From assembly GCA_051362555.1 (NCBI GenBank), contig CM120641.1:28278401-28342400 (forward strand): a stretch of 64,000 bases of DNA, given 5' to 3'. The position numbers and the translations under genes are program-made. The DNA is from Lingula anatina. Taxonomy: Eukaryota > Animalia > Brachiopoda. The stretch's first letter is position 1. The number at the start of each line of letters is the position of its first letter. Below are positions 14,051-28,488 of the stretch, piece after piece. The notes below the pieces were generated by a model, which saw only the letters and a program-made list of their open reading frames with translations, searched no databases and had not been told where the DNA came from.

Positions 14051-14355
14051 TTAGGCTCTGGTTAGTTTTCCCAGCACGCTAGATGTTAGATGAGAATTGA
14101 TTGCCTTCCATGTCCAATCATAGTTTGATTCCATGAACAAGCATGTTTCATGAGCAAGCATATAATATGATTTGATTGTTCTTAGCATCCTGCTGCATTT
14201 GTGATCTTAGGACATTTTCTTTGAGGTGTGAGTGTGATGAATGATATTATCTTCTTATATCTTAGCACTTCTGTAGCATGGTCATAGTTTACAATATGTG
14301 TTCACTCCTTGGATTTCACTAGTTTTTTATGACATACAGAAATTTCATAACTTAA

Positions 14356-14691
14356 AGGGATGACAAATGTTCGTATGATGTCCATATTTCACAATAAATT
14401 TATTATAAACAACTCATAGAAATATAATAAATTCTATGTTACCACTAAAATGGCAGTTAATGCAATTATTCTGGGATTTGTGCTTGCCATCACATCATGT
14501 GACCTACATAGATGGCTACACTCTGTAATAATCTCTTGAGAGAATATTACTACCGACCAACTTTTTAGAAAAAAAACAGGGACTAACTTTGAATGTGAGA
14601 ATGGATTAATTAAGCATTAGTAAGTATGGAAAATTGGTGTTTACCCCCAGGAAAATTCATTTTTTGGCCAAAATGAACAATTGTTATCCCT
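14356..14691. mobile_element. TTAA-TSD MITE (Kolobok-like)
   Basis: ttaa|agggatgac...gttatccct|ttaa; homologous to 39666-40042 and 43385-43731. Confidence 0.75.
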
Positions 14692-17600
14692 TTAAAGACT
14701 TTGTCCGGGTAGATTTTTTACATAATATTTTGGTTTGATTTATCTCATATATGTTGACGTATTTATTTGCAAGAAACAAATGCATGCTGAAGAAAGGTGT
14801 ACTGAATGTAATTGACATAAACAGAGATAGCCTAAAAATAGGCTAACAGCAGTGTATGATATCCCAAAAGATTAAAGAAAGTGCCAGAATTAGGGTTATT
14901 TTTTAAGCAAAAAATCTGAAACTTTACGTCGTCATAGAAAGCAATGCAAAAGTGACACCCTAAACATGGTGAGTTGGTGCTATTTGCAAATTGAAAAAAC
15001 AAAATATAATTTAAAAGAAAAATCTGTGGATAAATTCTGTCTGTCTTCATTTCTTAGTTCTTGGCACTTGCTAGTCTGTCATTTATTTTTCTGACCCCAC
15101 TCTTCTCCCAATCTCACATATCTTGCTTGAAAAATTGCTGATTTGATGATTCCCCTTCCATGTAATATTTTTTATTAATTCATGATTTTATTTTTATGAA
15201 CAGACACTGTCATGCCTTTTGCAGGCATTTTTTATGATAAAAGGAAGTTTCTTCCCCTCTGAAGTATCTTACATATCTTAATAACTGGTGTAATGATGTA
15301 CTAGTATTATTCACGTTACAGTTGAGCCATCTTATATATTTTCCAGATTTAAAGAGTTACCATTGTAAGAAGCTTACTAGTAATTTCTACTGAGAACTAT
15401 GTGGTTGTTATCTGTAACTTTTTAGTGCAGGTACAGTGTTGATAGATGAAATTTTCTTTTTTTTAAGCACAAGAAGTTTAAAGATGCATACAAAGTCAAT
15501 TTTTTGTCACAAAAACTGACCAAATGCCAGCATATAGTTTCAAGTAGTATAACTAAGAGAATTACCAAAAGGCATTGTATGTACCTTAAAGAAGCATTGG
15601 AGTTAAATGTCAGGGTTGGTTGTATTTTATTTTTAATTTTTTAGGAGAGAAAATGTCAAATCTACAGAGTATGTGATTTAAGAGCAGGCGAGGAGTATTA
15701 AGGGTTTTTCCTGTGGTGAATTTGTATTGTGAATTTCTCCCATTTACCAAACTGATACTGGCCAGTCATTTACAAGTAGATTAGTAAATTAAAAGTAGAA
15801 TTAAACATGAAATCCAAGTGCGCTGGTCGAATAATTATTCATTTGTAGGAGAAAATTGCTTTAATTTTTTCTTTCTGAAAATCTCATATAGGTTTCCTTT
15901 AATTGGAATCCAGTTTGAAGCTTTGTGCTATTCCTTGGTTCTTGGAAGCAAAACAAAGCATTATTATTCCACTGCCGTTTGCCAGGTATCCTCTTTATTA
16001 CCTTTGGGTTTTAGTTCTTGGAAGTTCAAATTGTATTTGTTTTTATTGGAGCCTTTGTGGCATATTAGGTTTCTCTTCATATCCGTAGCATCAGATTAGT
16101 CTGTTTTCTTCCTTTGACCAGCAAATATTGATAGAGTCAGTAACATATGGTTATGCAGGAGAGTCCATTTATATGAAGTAGCCTTGAATTTTCAACATTC
16201 TTTAATATCAGGACGTAAATTTCATACCAAGAAAAAAATCTAAAGCTTTCTAAAATCAAAGAGTGGGTAAATCAAAGATTGCTGTGATATAGTTGATTAA
16301 CTGCATTAGAAAAAACTCTTATTTTTAGCCTGCTAAAATTTAGAATGAGTACTCATGGTTTTAGTCTTGGCCTGTCTCGTTATACTTGTTTTGCTTTTTA
16401 TCAACCAGATCAATTTTGCCTAAGTACTTGAACTTCTTTGCATTGAATCGAATATATTTAAGTCTCTTCTTTTTTGAACTTGCATGCTCTGCATCCACGT
16501 TTTCACACACGCACGCACATACAAAGTCTAATGGTTTTCCAGACATTTTCATTAGGTTGTTGATTGAAGATAGTCTGTCTAGCTTATGACACTGAGAAAG
16601 CTCTGCGTCATTCAAGTACTTATATAAAAATGCCATAGCTACCAAGAAGTGTGACTTAAATGCTTTGTTACTAAGATGATTTAAGGTTCTTTAAAAACTG
16701 TGTAGGAGAAAATGAGGTTGGTAGAAAAGTCATTCTGTGCAATTTCAGCTAAGGATAATGAGTTGTATTCAAGATACCACACAACTTTTAGAAATGAAAT
16801 TATTAATGTATATGTAAGTTAAATGAAAACTGAATGAATAGATGTTTAATATTTTAAGTGACAGCTAAAACTATTTCATGAATTTTAGTACAGTTAACCA
16901 TATTGATTTTCTCATGGATTTCTTGCTCTTGAATTTCTTGGGTCAGTTTCATAAAACCCATTAGCACTGATCAAACAGCATTAAGAATAATTGGGTTGAT
17001 TGAAGGTACTCTTGATTTGCTAATACCGTGGTTCTGTTGTGTACTTCCTTATCTAACGTAACCCGTCCTTTTGTATAAAAAATATTTCAGATTCATTTGA
17101 TCTTTTTGTCTCTCAAGGCACCTTGATTTTTAAGTAGTTAGCATTGTTTATTTGACTACAATACTATAATAATGATAACCTGGACCCTTTGTATCGAGTT
17201 TTATTTTAGATAGTTGATATTTTTATTATCTTTTTCATTGAGCACAAAAATTGTTTGGTAATACTAACACATGTTCGAATTACTTTAAAGGTGTATTTCA
17301 GAATTTATTAGCATATATTTGAACCCAGGCTTTTTTTCCAATCTTTCTTGCAACTGGAATCAAGAATTTGCAACAAAAGCTTTTATCAAAATCTAACAGA
17401 TCAAACTTTTTCTACACATTTCAAACTGATAACAGGAAGTTCCAAATATTAAACCAGAATGGGCAGTATATACGGCTGGAAATCAGTTTTGATGTCTTTT
17501 TGATCTTGAAAAAAGGCAAAACAGACAAAAACAGAGCCAGCCGTGTTGTAGTTCATGGGTAACTGCTCTTTTGTTTTACTAGTTTTCTCAAACACTTGAA

Positions 17601-18210
17601 ATGTCCCTGAAAGTAGTGTACATGCTGCATTGTAAGTTGCTGCTCAATGCTATATGCCTTTTGTGCCTGGTTATTGAACACCACTAGCTGAATGCAGTGA
17701 TGGTGGCTATTGAAGCTGCAGTGTTTTTGGAAAGGAGTAGTGATAATGATAACAGCGATAGAAGAACACCCATTTTACCCCTCTTACTTAATTTGGGATC
17801 ATATGGTGGATTTGTTCCTGTCTATTCCTGCTATTGAATGCAGATCTAATTTAGGGGTTTTTCAATCTATCAGTTTTACCATTTAATGTACAGGATTTTT
17901 TTTTCTGTAGTCCTGCAGATTGTTACCATTGCTTACATCTTCATTTTACAGCATGCCATAGTTTCATAGCAAAAAATACAGTGCTTCTTGGTGCACCCAT
18001 GAAAAACTGTAATTTTGTTGTTTTCACATAACCCAGGCTATTTTATTGATATCATGCCTTAATGGATTTGTTACAGATTTTTCATAGTGGAATCTAAGGT
18101 CTGCAAATGCATGGTTAAAAGAAATGCACAGCTAAAAATGTGTTTCTTTGGTAGTAATTGCCCTCTAACTTAGCCAGATATTAACCTTTATTACTTTTTT
18201 TTATTGACAG

Positions 18211-19082
18211 ACAAATCTGCTAAGAAGAGTTCTGATAGTGGCCAGGCAAGATGCAAGTCTCCAGTGAAAAAGAAGGAATCCCAAACAAAGGAAGGAACTG
18301 TTTCCGATCTTACTAATGGCAGCAGCACCGATAACAAACAGCAGGGCAGCAAGGACAGTGTCAGGAGCAGCCCCGCTTCTACAACTCTTAGACCTCGTTT
18401 TGGAAAAGAGTACCAGACAGTCGACAGAAAACGCCTTTTAGCTGATTCTAAGAGCCCCGTTTTGGGTAGTCCTGCACGGAGCCCCAGATCTCCTGCTTTA
18501 ACCCCAACTTCTGTGTTCACCTTTGACTTGGCCCAGCCTGGGTCCCCTACCAAGGTGAGCATACAGAGCAGCCCAAATCATAGCAGGGGAGATCCACAGC
18601 CTTTTTCTCACTCCCCTAGTCATTATTATGTCCAGTATGACAACAAGCTGGACTCACCTAAGGCTATCTATGTGAATGTGGCCTCTCCTAGAGCAGTCTA
18701 TATGAATGTTGACCTCAGCCCTCCATCATCCCCAGTGCTGCCCCAGCCCTCGGAACAGTCCAATCCCATGTTGAACTATGCAGAGATTGATCTTACACAC
18801 ACTGGGGCTGTCCTGCGCCGCCCTTCTCAGAAAACCTGCATGACAGAATATACTACTATTGATATGGTGGCCACAGTGGCTGCCCAGAGGGTTGGAAAGG
18901 AGCATGCTCAACTGAGAGAGGATAGTTTGTTACGGAGAGATAGGAGAAGCTGGACCCCTCAGAGGACTGTCTCAAACAAGGATCCCAAAGATTCCAAGTT
19001 GCAGCTGGCTGCGGTGGAATATACTTTGGCAGAAGAGAGGAAGGCATCAACATGTAGCTCAAATTCTGCAGTGTCGCAGTGA
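18211..19082 (+). CDS. DOK7: DOK7-like protein, terminal coding exon
   Basis: Acceptor ttattgacag| at 18210, phase 1 matches the donor at 6093. ORF to TGA at 19082 with YVNV, YMNV, LNYAEIDL and EYTTIDM motifs. Linkage across the 12-kb intron is inferred from phase and content. Confidence 0.8.
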
Positions 19083-22000
19083 TGGGGGCCCCAGCACTGA
19101 CATGAAATGTGATTAAGTATTTGTTTTCATCAGCATTCCAACATTATTCTGGTACAGAGTAGTTTTTGAAGGTCACATAATGAGAAACTTCATGTAGACT
19201 GCCAGACTGTAGATAGCTTTTGTTAGATGGTTTAACTTGACTTGCAAGAAGAAATGGTGCTAATATATGTGCAGCTTTCGATAAATCTGTGAGAAATGGA
19301 GGAACCTTGTGTTCATGAAGATTTGTCAAATATTAACTTTTCAGACACCTATTCTGGAAAGCTAGTGAACAAATGAATGAAATTTTGTTAAAAAAATGTC
19401 TTTTGAGTGAATTTGATTTTGCCTTGAAAATTATCCACTATTATTCACTTAAATAACACTTTATGCTGCTAAATTGTTCTGTTTCTGACAAACATTTTGT
19501 CTCTGTACATCATTGCAACACCCTGTGGTTCTTAGTACAAAAATTATGTTGCTAGAATGCACTGCCAGAATTCCTGTTTCATCAATGGATGATGACAGTT
19601 TTCTGTACACTTGCACACTGACCTTGGTGTCTTTTACTATTATGATATATTGCTTGACTTCTGCTTGAAGTTTGTCTCCATTGTCTGAAAATTATCTGTT
19701 ATATTAGCCCTCAGTGGCAATTCGACCATCACACTTTTCTTGGCTAGACATTTCCCTTTGTTGTAACTTTGAATTTCAAACACAGCATTGAAGATCAGTC
19801 AACTGTCTTTTTGAGTTTGGAAACAACTTTATCAAAATGTTCTTGAATGGTTTTAAGTGGTATTGGATGTCGCTTCATCCAGACTGGAAATGTATTATTT
19901 GGATTAAAAATGCATTATTTGCTGTGACAGTCCGGAAGTGAAGAGATTACAAAATACTGAATTTTGACATGCATTTTTTAACGGTCTTTTTTGTAATGAC
20001 TGCCATATGGTTGTAATAGTTATTAAAGACACTGATCAAAACTTTTTCATTTATGCCAGATTTATATAGTAGTATTAAGTGACATTTCATTGAATAGTAG
20101 TAGGCAGTTTTTGAGCAATTTTTAAGTTGTTTCTTCAATCCACTCAATGTAATTACTTTAGTTAGTATGTCGAAACTGCATTGGGAATGCAGCTTGAAAG
20201 TTTTGTCATGTACAATTTTTTACAGTTTTGTTATTCATGCACATCAGAATTTGGTAACAGTTATATCATTACACAAACTTTGTTATTTAAACTCTTTAAA
20301 ATGGAATTGTTACAATGCCATGTTTGATAATATGTTATAGTTTCATGGTCATTTTGGTTAATTTTTATTTAGAAGCATTATTGAATCTCTGACACTAAAA
20401 GCAAGTCCAAGAGTCAAAGACATTTTATTATGTTTGTTTCTTAGGGATAAAAGTAACACATAGCGAAGGCATGTAGATTAAACGGGATATGTGAGTTTAA
20501 GGAGCAAATTTTCCACATAGACTTTTTGAACAGGAGTGGAAAGTTCTACTTATTTAGTATTTAGAGCAGTAGTTCTGCTCACTTTTGTTTCACCACTACA
20601 CATTTAGTATTTAGAGCAGGAAGTCTGCTCACTTTTGTTTCACCATTTTCAAATATTTTGTTGTTGACAAATGTTATGTTATGTTTATTAGTTGTTTATT
20701 TATTTATTGTTAGTTTATTAGTTGTTACCTAATGTACGAATCAAGCCAATATTGCTACAGAAAAAAAAGAACACTGGTTTTCATTTGGACATGCAAAATT
20801 ATTTATTGGTCTCCCCTTTGGGTGGTGCATACTGTTTACATTTTGTAGGGGAACAAGAGCAGCAATTTTTCGTAAATGTAGTATAGCACAGCATAAGATG
20901 ATATTCTGATTGCGAATAGAATCTCAGTGAATTTCTACTTGTGAGAATTTCAATCAATAATTCAGTATTATTTCTATGTAAAGGTTATGTGTTATGCCTG
21001 ATATGCTTAAGTCGGTTAATGTAAGTGTCAGGTGAATCCATATTTTTTTTTTTTTTGTTGTTTTTCTGCTCTTAATGCCGGATGGTATTAATGATCACGC
21101 CACAGCCATGCAGCTGGAACCTGGCTGTCAAATTTCAGATAAACTGGTTGATAGGCTTATTACAGTTTCAAAGAACAAATATTTGACATGTCCATTTGGT
21201 TAAGTAGTTGTCCATTCAGCCTATGTTAAGAAAAGTAGACCACCCTTTTTAATCGTTTTTATGTTTTTTTTTGTTCATAACACAATGTCTTGGATTGGAA
21301 TAATGACATAATTATAAACACGGACACCAATGTAGATCAAAAATTCATAAGAGTAACTGCACATTACCTGGCAAAACGTTTGCTTTCTTGCCTTGCCATT
21401 ACTATGAGAATTGTACAAGATATTATAATACTTGGGATAATCTGTTTTGATGTCAATAAATTAACATTGTATCTCCACTTGATAACTTTAAAAAACTGTG
21501 GACCTAAAATGCGATTAAAAGGGGTGGCCGGGTGAATTAAGTTTAAAGTTAGCGAGACAGTTTTGCTTTCCTCTTTGTAAATCTAGTTTCACATGAAACA
21601 ATTTTGCAGTTGTATCTAGTTTACATTATGGATGACCCAAGATGGTGCTTAAGATTTATTTAGTTGTATTTTGGATCAGACATAAGTGGGGACTTCAATA
21701 TAAGTGTATCTCAAATGCACTACTAGTGGGACCAAGATGGCCACAAATTTGAACAAGTTTATTGTTAATTCTACAAACTGACCATCCATGTGTATCACTG
21801 CAGTTGGAGATAGATTGTGATCTCCACGAGACAGGGTATTCTACTTGTATTATCTGCTTTGTTAAGAACATTGCTTTGATGAAGTGCATATAAAGAATCG
21901 TATACTTAATGACCACACAGTTTCAACTTTTTATCTGTCTCTTTGGATATATACCTGGGTTATATTCCTAGGTCATAGTGGATTGTTTTATAACATAATT

Positions 22001-22409
22001 GAATTCTTATCAACTGCATGTTGTTTAATATTGTTCACTTTGTTTTATATACATTGTAACGTATATTGCACAAACTAGAAAAAACTTTTCTGACACAGCT
22101 ACTAGTTGTTATGCTCCTTGCTAGTCTCAAACCAGTATTAATGTATAAATACTTCATTTTGTCATATGTTTCTTTTGATCTATAATTAAGTTATTCTTAT
22201 ATTTAAGATGTGCTCAGTTGAGCACTTGGATATTAATTGCATTTCCTACAAATGTTAATATATTTCATTTGTGTTGGGATCAGTTGATCACTTACTTTTG
22301 CAGCAATATATGTATAAAAAAAAAAGATATGAATATTCTTCTACATTTTGAGCTATTTAAACTGAGTCAGTAAGATGACAATATTTACTGATTTGTCGCT
22401 TTATTGTTT

Positions 22410-24460
22410 TTATGTACAGACACAGATGTGTCTGTACATATAGCCATCATCTGCGTCTGTCGTCGCCGTCGCCGTCGTCGCTGTCGTCGCCGTCGCCGTC
22501 GCCGTGCACTTTTACCGATAACACGATAAGTGGAAAACCATTTTACCTTTTGACTTGAAACTTGCAGAACTGATGACTATTCATAATACGCAGGTCAAGT
22601 TCGAAAATCAGCATGATCGGGTCACGTTTAGGGAATTTATGCTGTTTTTTCACTTTTTTCAGCATATATGCAGCACCGATAACACGATAAGTGGAAAACC
22701 ATTTTACTTTTTGACTTGAAACTTACAGAACTGATGAATATTCATAATACGCAGGTCAAGTTCGAAAATCAGCATGATCGGGTCACTTTTAGGGAATTTA
22801 TGCTGTTTTTTCACTTTTTTCAGCATGTATGCAGCACCGATAACACGATAAGTGGAAAACCATTTTACCTTTTGACTTGAAACTTACAGAACTGATGAAT
22901 ATTCATAAAACGCAGGTCAAGTTCGAAAATCAGCATGATCGGGTCACTTTTAGGGAATTTATGCTGTTTTTTCACTTTTTTCAGCATATATGCAGCACCG
23001 ATAACACGATAAGTGGAACACCATTTTACCTTTTGACTTGAAACTTACAGAACTGATGAATATTCATAATACACAGGTCAAGTTCGAAAATCAGCATGAT
23101 CAGGTCACTTTTAGGTAATTTATGCTGTTTTTTCACTATTTTCAATATAAATGCAACACTGATAACACAATATAAGAAAAACGGATTGGCCAATTGTAAT
23201 TATACTCACAGGAGTGGTCAATCTTACTAAAACGCAGGTTGAGTTCGAAAATAAGCATAATCGGGCCATTACTTAAGAAGTTATACTGTTTTTTCACATT
23301 TCCTCAGATTCAATTATTAGGCATGTTAACAGTCTCATTATTTAACTAATAAGATGCCTAAAAGTGTTTGTTTGATATTTCCTGCATTTTTACAACATTG
23401 TTAGTTGATTATGTAAAAAACATGGTAAACTTGTTATCATGTATTGTGTAATAAAGTGTCAAAAATGGAAATAAACTCATATCATTGCAGTTTGTCAGAT
23501 TCAATCATCCACTATGTTCAGAATCTCAGAATGGAGGAAATTGGACATTTAACACTGTTCTATTGATACTTTTCCCATCTCATCAATTTTCTTAGTTGGA
23601 CATATAAAAATGGCAGTAAAATGTTTATTTTGTTTTATGTTAAAAAAGTGTTAAAAATGGAAATAAACCCATTTCAGAACAGTGCTGTCTTGTTTACATT
23701 TTGGCATTTTCAAGGCGTGACTTTGAAGTTCCATGGGCCTGAAGACCTTTGCTAGTCACATTTTCTGAATATCTGTGATACAAATATTTTATAATTAAAA
23801 ATTGATGGTCATTAAGCTGTTAAACATTATGTAATATTGCATCAAAATTTGAAGAAACTCCCATTTTGGGCACTGCTTCCATGATGACCATTTAAGGAAA
23901 ATCATGTCACTTACTGTTTTCAAACTTACAGGAAAGAAACATGGGACTAAAATACAGCTTCAGTAGGCAATGCAGTCTGTTTGGTTTTTTTTTTTTTTTT
24001 TTTTTTTTTTCTTTTTTTTTTTTTGGCAGTTAAACAGTTTTTTGTGAAAATTTAATTTTTTACATATTGGCATTTTCAAGGTGTGACTTTAAAGTTCCAT
24101 GATCTTGAAGACTTTTGCTTGTCACATTTTCTGAATGTCCATGTTACTAATATTTTATTAATAACATTTGATTGTCATTATGCTGTTAAACATTATGTAA
24201 TGTTGCATCAAAATTTGAAGAAACCCCTATTTTGGGCACTGCTCCTATGATGACCATTTAAGGGAAATCATGTCACTTACTGTTCTCAAACTTACAGGAA
24301 AGAAACATGGGTCTAACATACAGCTTCAATAGGCAACGCAGTCTGTTTGGTAAATTTTTCTGGCAATTTAACAGTTTTTTGTGAAAATTTAATTTTTCAC
24401 TTATTTGCATCTTTATTTTCTGTTCTTTGTCTGTACATTTGACAGCTTTGCTGCCTTGTT
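22410..24460 (+). mobile_element. Helentron/HINE-like element, family B, with 161-bp and about 366-bp internal tandem repeats
   Basis: 5' hairpin tatgtacagacac-agat-gtgtctgtacata, (gtcgcc)n microsatellite, 161-bp array, about 366-bp duplication (23701/24067), 3' subTIR gtctgtacat followed by gacagctttgctgcc-ttgtt. The 3' part is repeated at 56930-57750. Confidence 0.75.
22514..23300. repeat. 161-bp tandem repeat, 4 near-identical copies plus 1 degenerate copy
   Basis: accgataacacgataagtggaaaacc at 22514, 22675, 22836, 22997; degenerate copy at about 23158. Confidence 0.95.
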
Positions 24461-24544
24461 AAAAAACTAAAGATTGGGGTAAACATGACATGAACACGCA
24501 GAGAGAAATATAACGCGACCCAAACCCATAGTTGCATCCCTCAC

Positions 24545-24550
24545 TTTATT
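24545..24550 (-). terminator. Candidate polyadenylation signal (AATAAA) of COG2
   Basis: tttatt on +, about 580 nt past the COG2 stop and just before the adjacent repeat element. Confidence 0.4.
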
Positions 24551-25125
24551 GAATCTGATATCACAGACAGTTCAATATGTACATTATAATTACCCCAACT
24601 GTACATCAATTCTGTATACCACCAATAACCCACTAGATTTCATGACTAACAGTAGTTAGAATACATAATTGCAGGACTAAATTCTACAAACCCCATTATT
24701 TTCTGTTATTTAATATGTTTTATGTTTAACTGTTATATAATGTTTCAAAATAAATGGATTCATTTAGGAAGAGGAAAATATTATCTAAACTGTTGAGAAA
24801 TTTTTTTTACACCATTCAATCTATTTTAATGCTTCACCTCAAAGCAGGGTGCTTTTGTGAGAAAGTCGTGTCTTGGTCAATTCTGCCACCACACCTCAAA
24901 ACCGAAAATTTTACATTACACAAGTCTTGTACTTCATAATATATTTTAGTGAACTGTATTAACCACACTTCCTTCCACATTTCATAAACAGAAAATAACA
25001 AGTTATACAACTTTTACTTGCTTTTACAAAAAATAACCACAGATGGAGACAACTCTCCTCTTCTTACCACTGATTAGTTTTGGATAAATAATATTGTAGT
25101 TTTCATTGACCACAGAGCGAGCATA

Positions 25126-28100
25126 TCATTTTTCAGGCTGGCTGCTAGATGCAGCATTCTGAGCACTTTCCACAAGGTCGTGCAGCTTCTTAAAGGCTTC
25201 TATGGCGTCCTTGGAGATTCCCAGATTTTCAATCTAGAAGTGATGCCAAAATATGCTCAATCAAAGAAAAAGAAAAAACCCTCGACTCTCTTATAAACAC
25301 AAAAGCCTGGGAGCAAGATCCAGATAAATTTAATTAAGAAATTGACAAAAGGATTAACCACAACCAATCCAGACAGATATTTAAGCTCCAAATAAGACTC
25401 CTAAAACATAACTTTCAAAAATTTCTAGAACTTCCATGATGACATTTCCAGGGAATCTCTTAATCCTGATAAAAAAAAGAACATTCATTATGAAGTATGG
25501 CATTTTGCCAAGTTTACCTGTTTACCAAACTCGTCTACGTCCAGTGCAATCTGTAGCCTAATCTTGTCATCATCACTGGGGCCCTGATTGGAGCCAAAGT
25601 TTGGCGTGGTTTTACTTCTTTTTAAGCGTTTCAGGCTGTCTTCCATCTTTTTTACTGATGTAAGCACATCTGTAACAATGCTATGGTATCTGAAATTGGC
25701 AGTAAAAATGTTGTTTTTTTTAAAACAAAGTAATATGACTGATCGGATTCTGTTGTTAGGATTTTGAAGTACCATAAGTATGCACCCACACAAGCTCAGA
25801 CCCATAAAGCAATGGTATTTCAGAATATTATGGCTCATCCTTGTACAACATCCTAATACAGCCATGGGGAAACTGCCGAACCAACCAGTCATGACTGCCT
25901 TAAAAGCGCCAAAAGACTGGCAAGATTTCAATGAAAATACATTGCATAAGATAAATCACATGCAAACATTTACAAATGGAAATGAAATTAACACTTTGTT
26001 CGTACCAGCACAGAATTGGGAGGACCTGCAACATTTTTTTTTTTACATCTTTTACATTTTTAATCAAATTGTATTAATAATATAAAATTATTGACTACGG
26101 CTGAGTTCACCTCTCAGCTAGGCCTAACCAGAAGCTGGGAAGGCGTGGGTCAATCATCCCAGCTTCAGGTTGAACCTAGTTGAAAGGTGACTGGACCACA
26201 GTCTATAACTGCTCTGTTACAAGACCATGATCGTGAATTTTTAAGATAACTGAAAATAATCAAGCCACAGTAAGAACTTATTGATGAAAGATCTGGCCAC
26301 CGCTCATTCAGAGTACATGGAGATCCAAGATGGCAAAGTGAGTTAGCTGACTGGGAAGTAAACTTACTCAAATAACCAATAGTACCAATACTCACTGTTC
26401 AGTAATTTCACAGATAATTTTCATCACCCAAGACCTATACATTTCCTCACTTATTGTAGTTTTGTGCTCATCCAGGAACATTTTCAGTGGTTTGAGGAGA
26501 CTGTTCAGGTAACCAGAAGTCTTGGAGGGAACCTGGATTATAATAATTAGGGTGCTGATTAGTCTGAATTGATTCCTTTTTCAGCATATATATTTGACAT
26601 TGCAATTATGCTTGGAGGAAGATCTGTATTTGAAAAGACCAATGTTAAATAAGTGTTTTTTTACAATTTTCTTCCATCATCAAAATATACTTGATCCAAC
26701 GTGAAGATTTCAAAGGAAGGCTGAATGTGATATTGGTGTTATTACCAAACTAGGTATGCTGCATATTCTAGGAGATCACACCTTTGCTAAAATATTTCAG
26801 AAATATTTCTCTAAAAGTTACACTGGTAAATTTGACTTCAAATAATGACAAAAATTTGCGAAATTTCAGGGTCAGGGAAATATTATACCAGCTATGCTGT
26901 CAAAACTGGAAACTGGAGTTCCAGCTTAAAGGCTATACTGATTTTCAAATGTGACAGATATCAAATGTTAGATACACTAGAAATGGTAATTGATTGCTAA
27001 ATAATTCATAGCTGAATGGCATTTACTGCATTCAAATTCAGTTTCAAGAGAGCAGAGAGGCAGCTGCAAGTGTGATGGGGAGAATTAAATCAAAATGATT
27101 TGTTTATAATTTGATTTTTAATCATATCAATTTCTGAAAGCACTAGTATATAAAAAGTATATAAACAGAGGTCCAAATTTTTCACGTGTTATTAAGCAGC
27201 AACTGTTACCAAGCCCCAAAAAACCATTCAATGTAGGGAAACTTACTTTTACCTCTGCCAAGGAGGTAAAGTTTTTGGTTCCTTAGTTTATTAGTTTATC
27301 TGTTAGCAACATTATGCAAAAAGTTATTGAAGGATTTTGACGAAATTTTTAGATAGGTCAGAACATAACCAAAATTCAATACTGAAACCAGCATTGTGGA
27401 TTCAATTCCACATGGATAAGTACTGCATAGTAAACTAACCTCTCTGTTTGTCCTACGATATAGTCTAGGTATGTCATTGACTAGCTTCAGGTGAACTGAG
27501 CACTGTGCAGTGATATCTTTTACAATATATTCACCAAACCCTGGAAGATGCTTCGTGATAGATGTCTGGGACTCCTGGAGACTTTCTACAAGGTGAAAAA
27601 AAAGCACATTTTAAAATGTCATCCCAAATAGCGCTTTGGTGCACATTTTTAAACAGAGTTTCAGATGTGGATGATACCAGTGTGCCTTGTTGGTAATGAC
27701 CTCTGTTGCTTTTTTCTATACATGAAACTCTTAAAATAGCTCAGGCTTTCGAGGTGCAGAATTGGCATTACAAAACCACAACCAGCACAACCCCTATTTT
27801 AACATTTTAGGCCAGTATTTTGACATATTATTTTTGTACAAAATAAAATATATAAGGAGTTAGGATTGTAGACCTACCTTCCAGAATAGCACTATCCTGA
27901 CATCCTGTTGTTTTCAATTTTGGTTTGATTACTTCAGTAAAAAAAGCTGTAACCTAAAATATATGAAAAAAAAAAAAAAATAATAATAATAATAATAATT
28001 GGGAAGCAGAAGGATTAATGAAATTTTAAATGACGAAATCCAGCCTTTTATAAAACATTTTGGAGTTTCCTGGTAGCATCAAGTATGAAAAGATCCCCAG

Positions 28101-28430
28101 ACTTAAATGATAATGAAGGATTAAAAAAAAAAACAATAGGGCAAACAATTCAACGAACACAAAACTAAGATTGCTTACCCCTAAGTAAATAATAGCAAGT
28201 TAGGCATTGCACACTTTTACACAAAGCTACCTCACACTCACATACTAAGGCAGTGATTTCTGAATCATTCTTACCTTGGAATCTACTCTGTGTGCATCTG
28301 CAACCATGGCAACCACCTGTCCCAGGGTGACGGGAGCAGGACGTGGTGCCAGAGCAGGAGGATCACCACTCCCTGTCCCAGGGTTAGAGACCCCAGGGTC
28401 TGCTGAATTTCCATCCTTTTCTGTTAGCTA

Positions 28431-28488
<58 letters not shown>

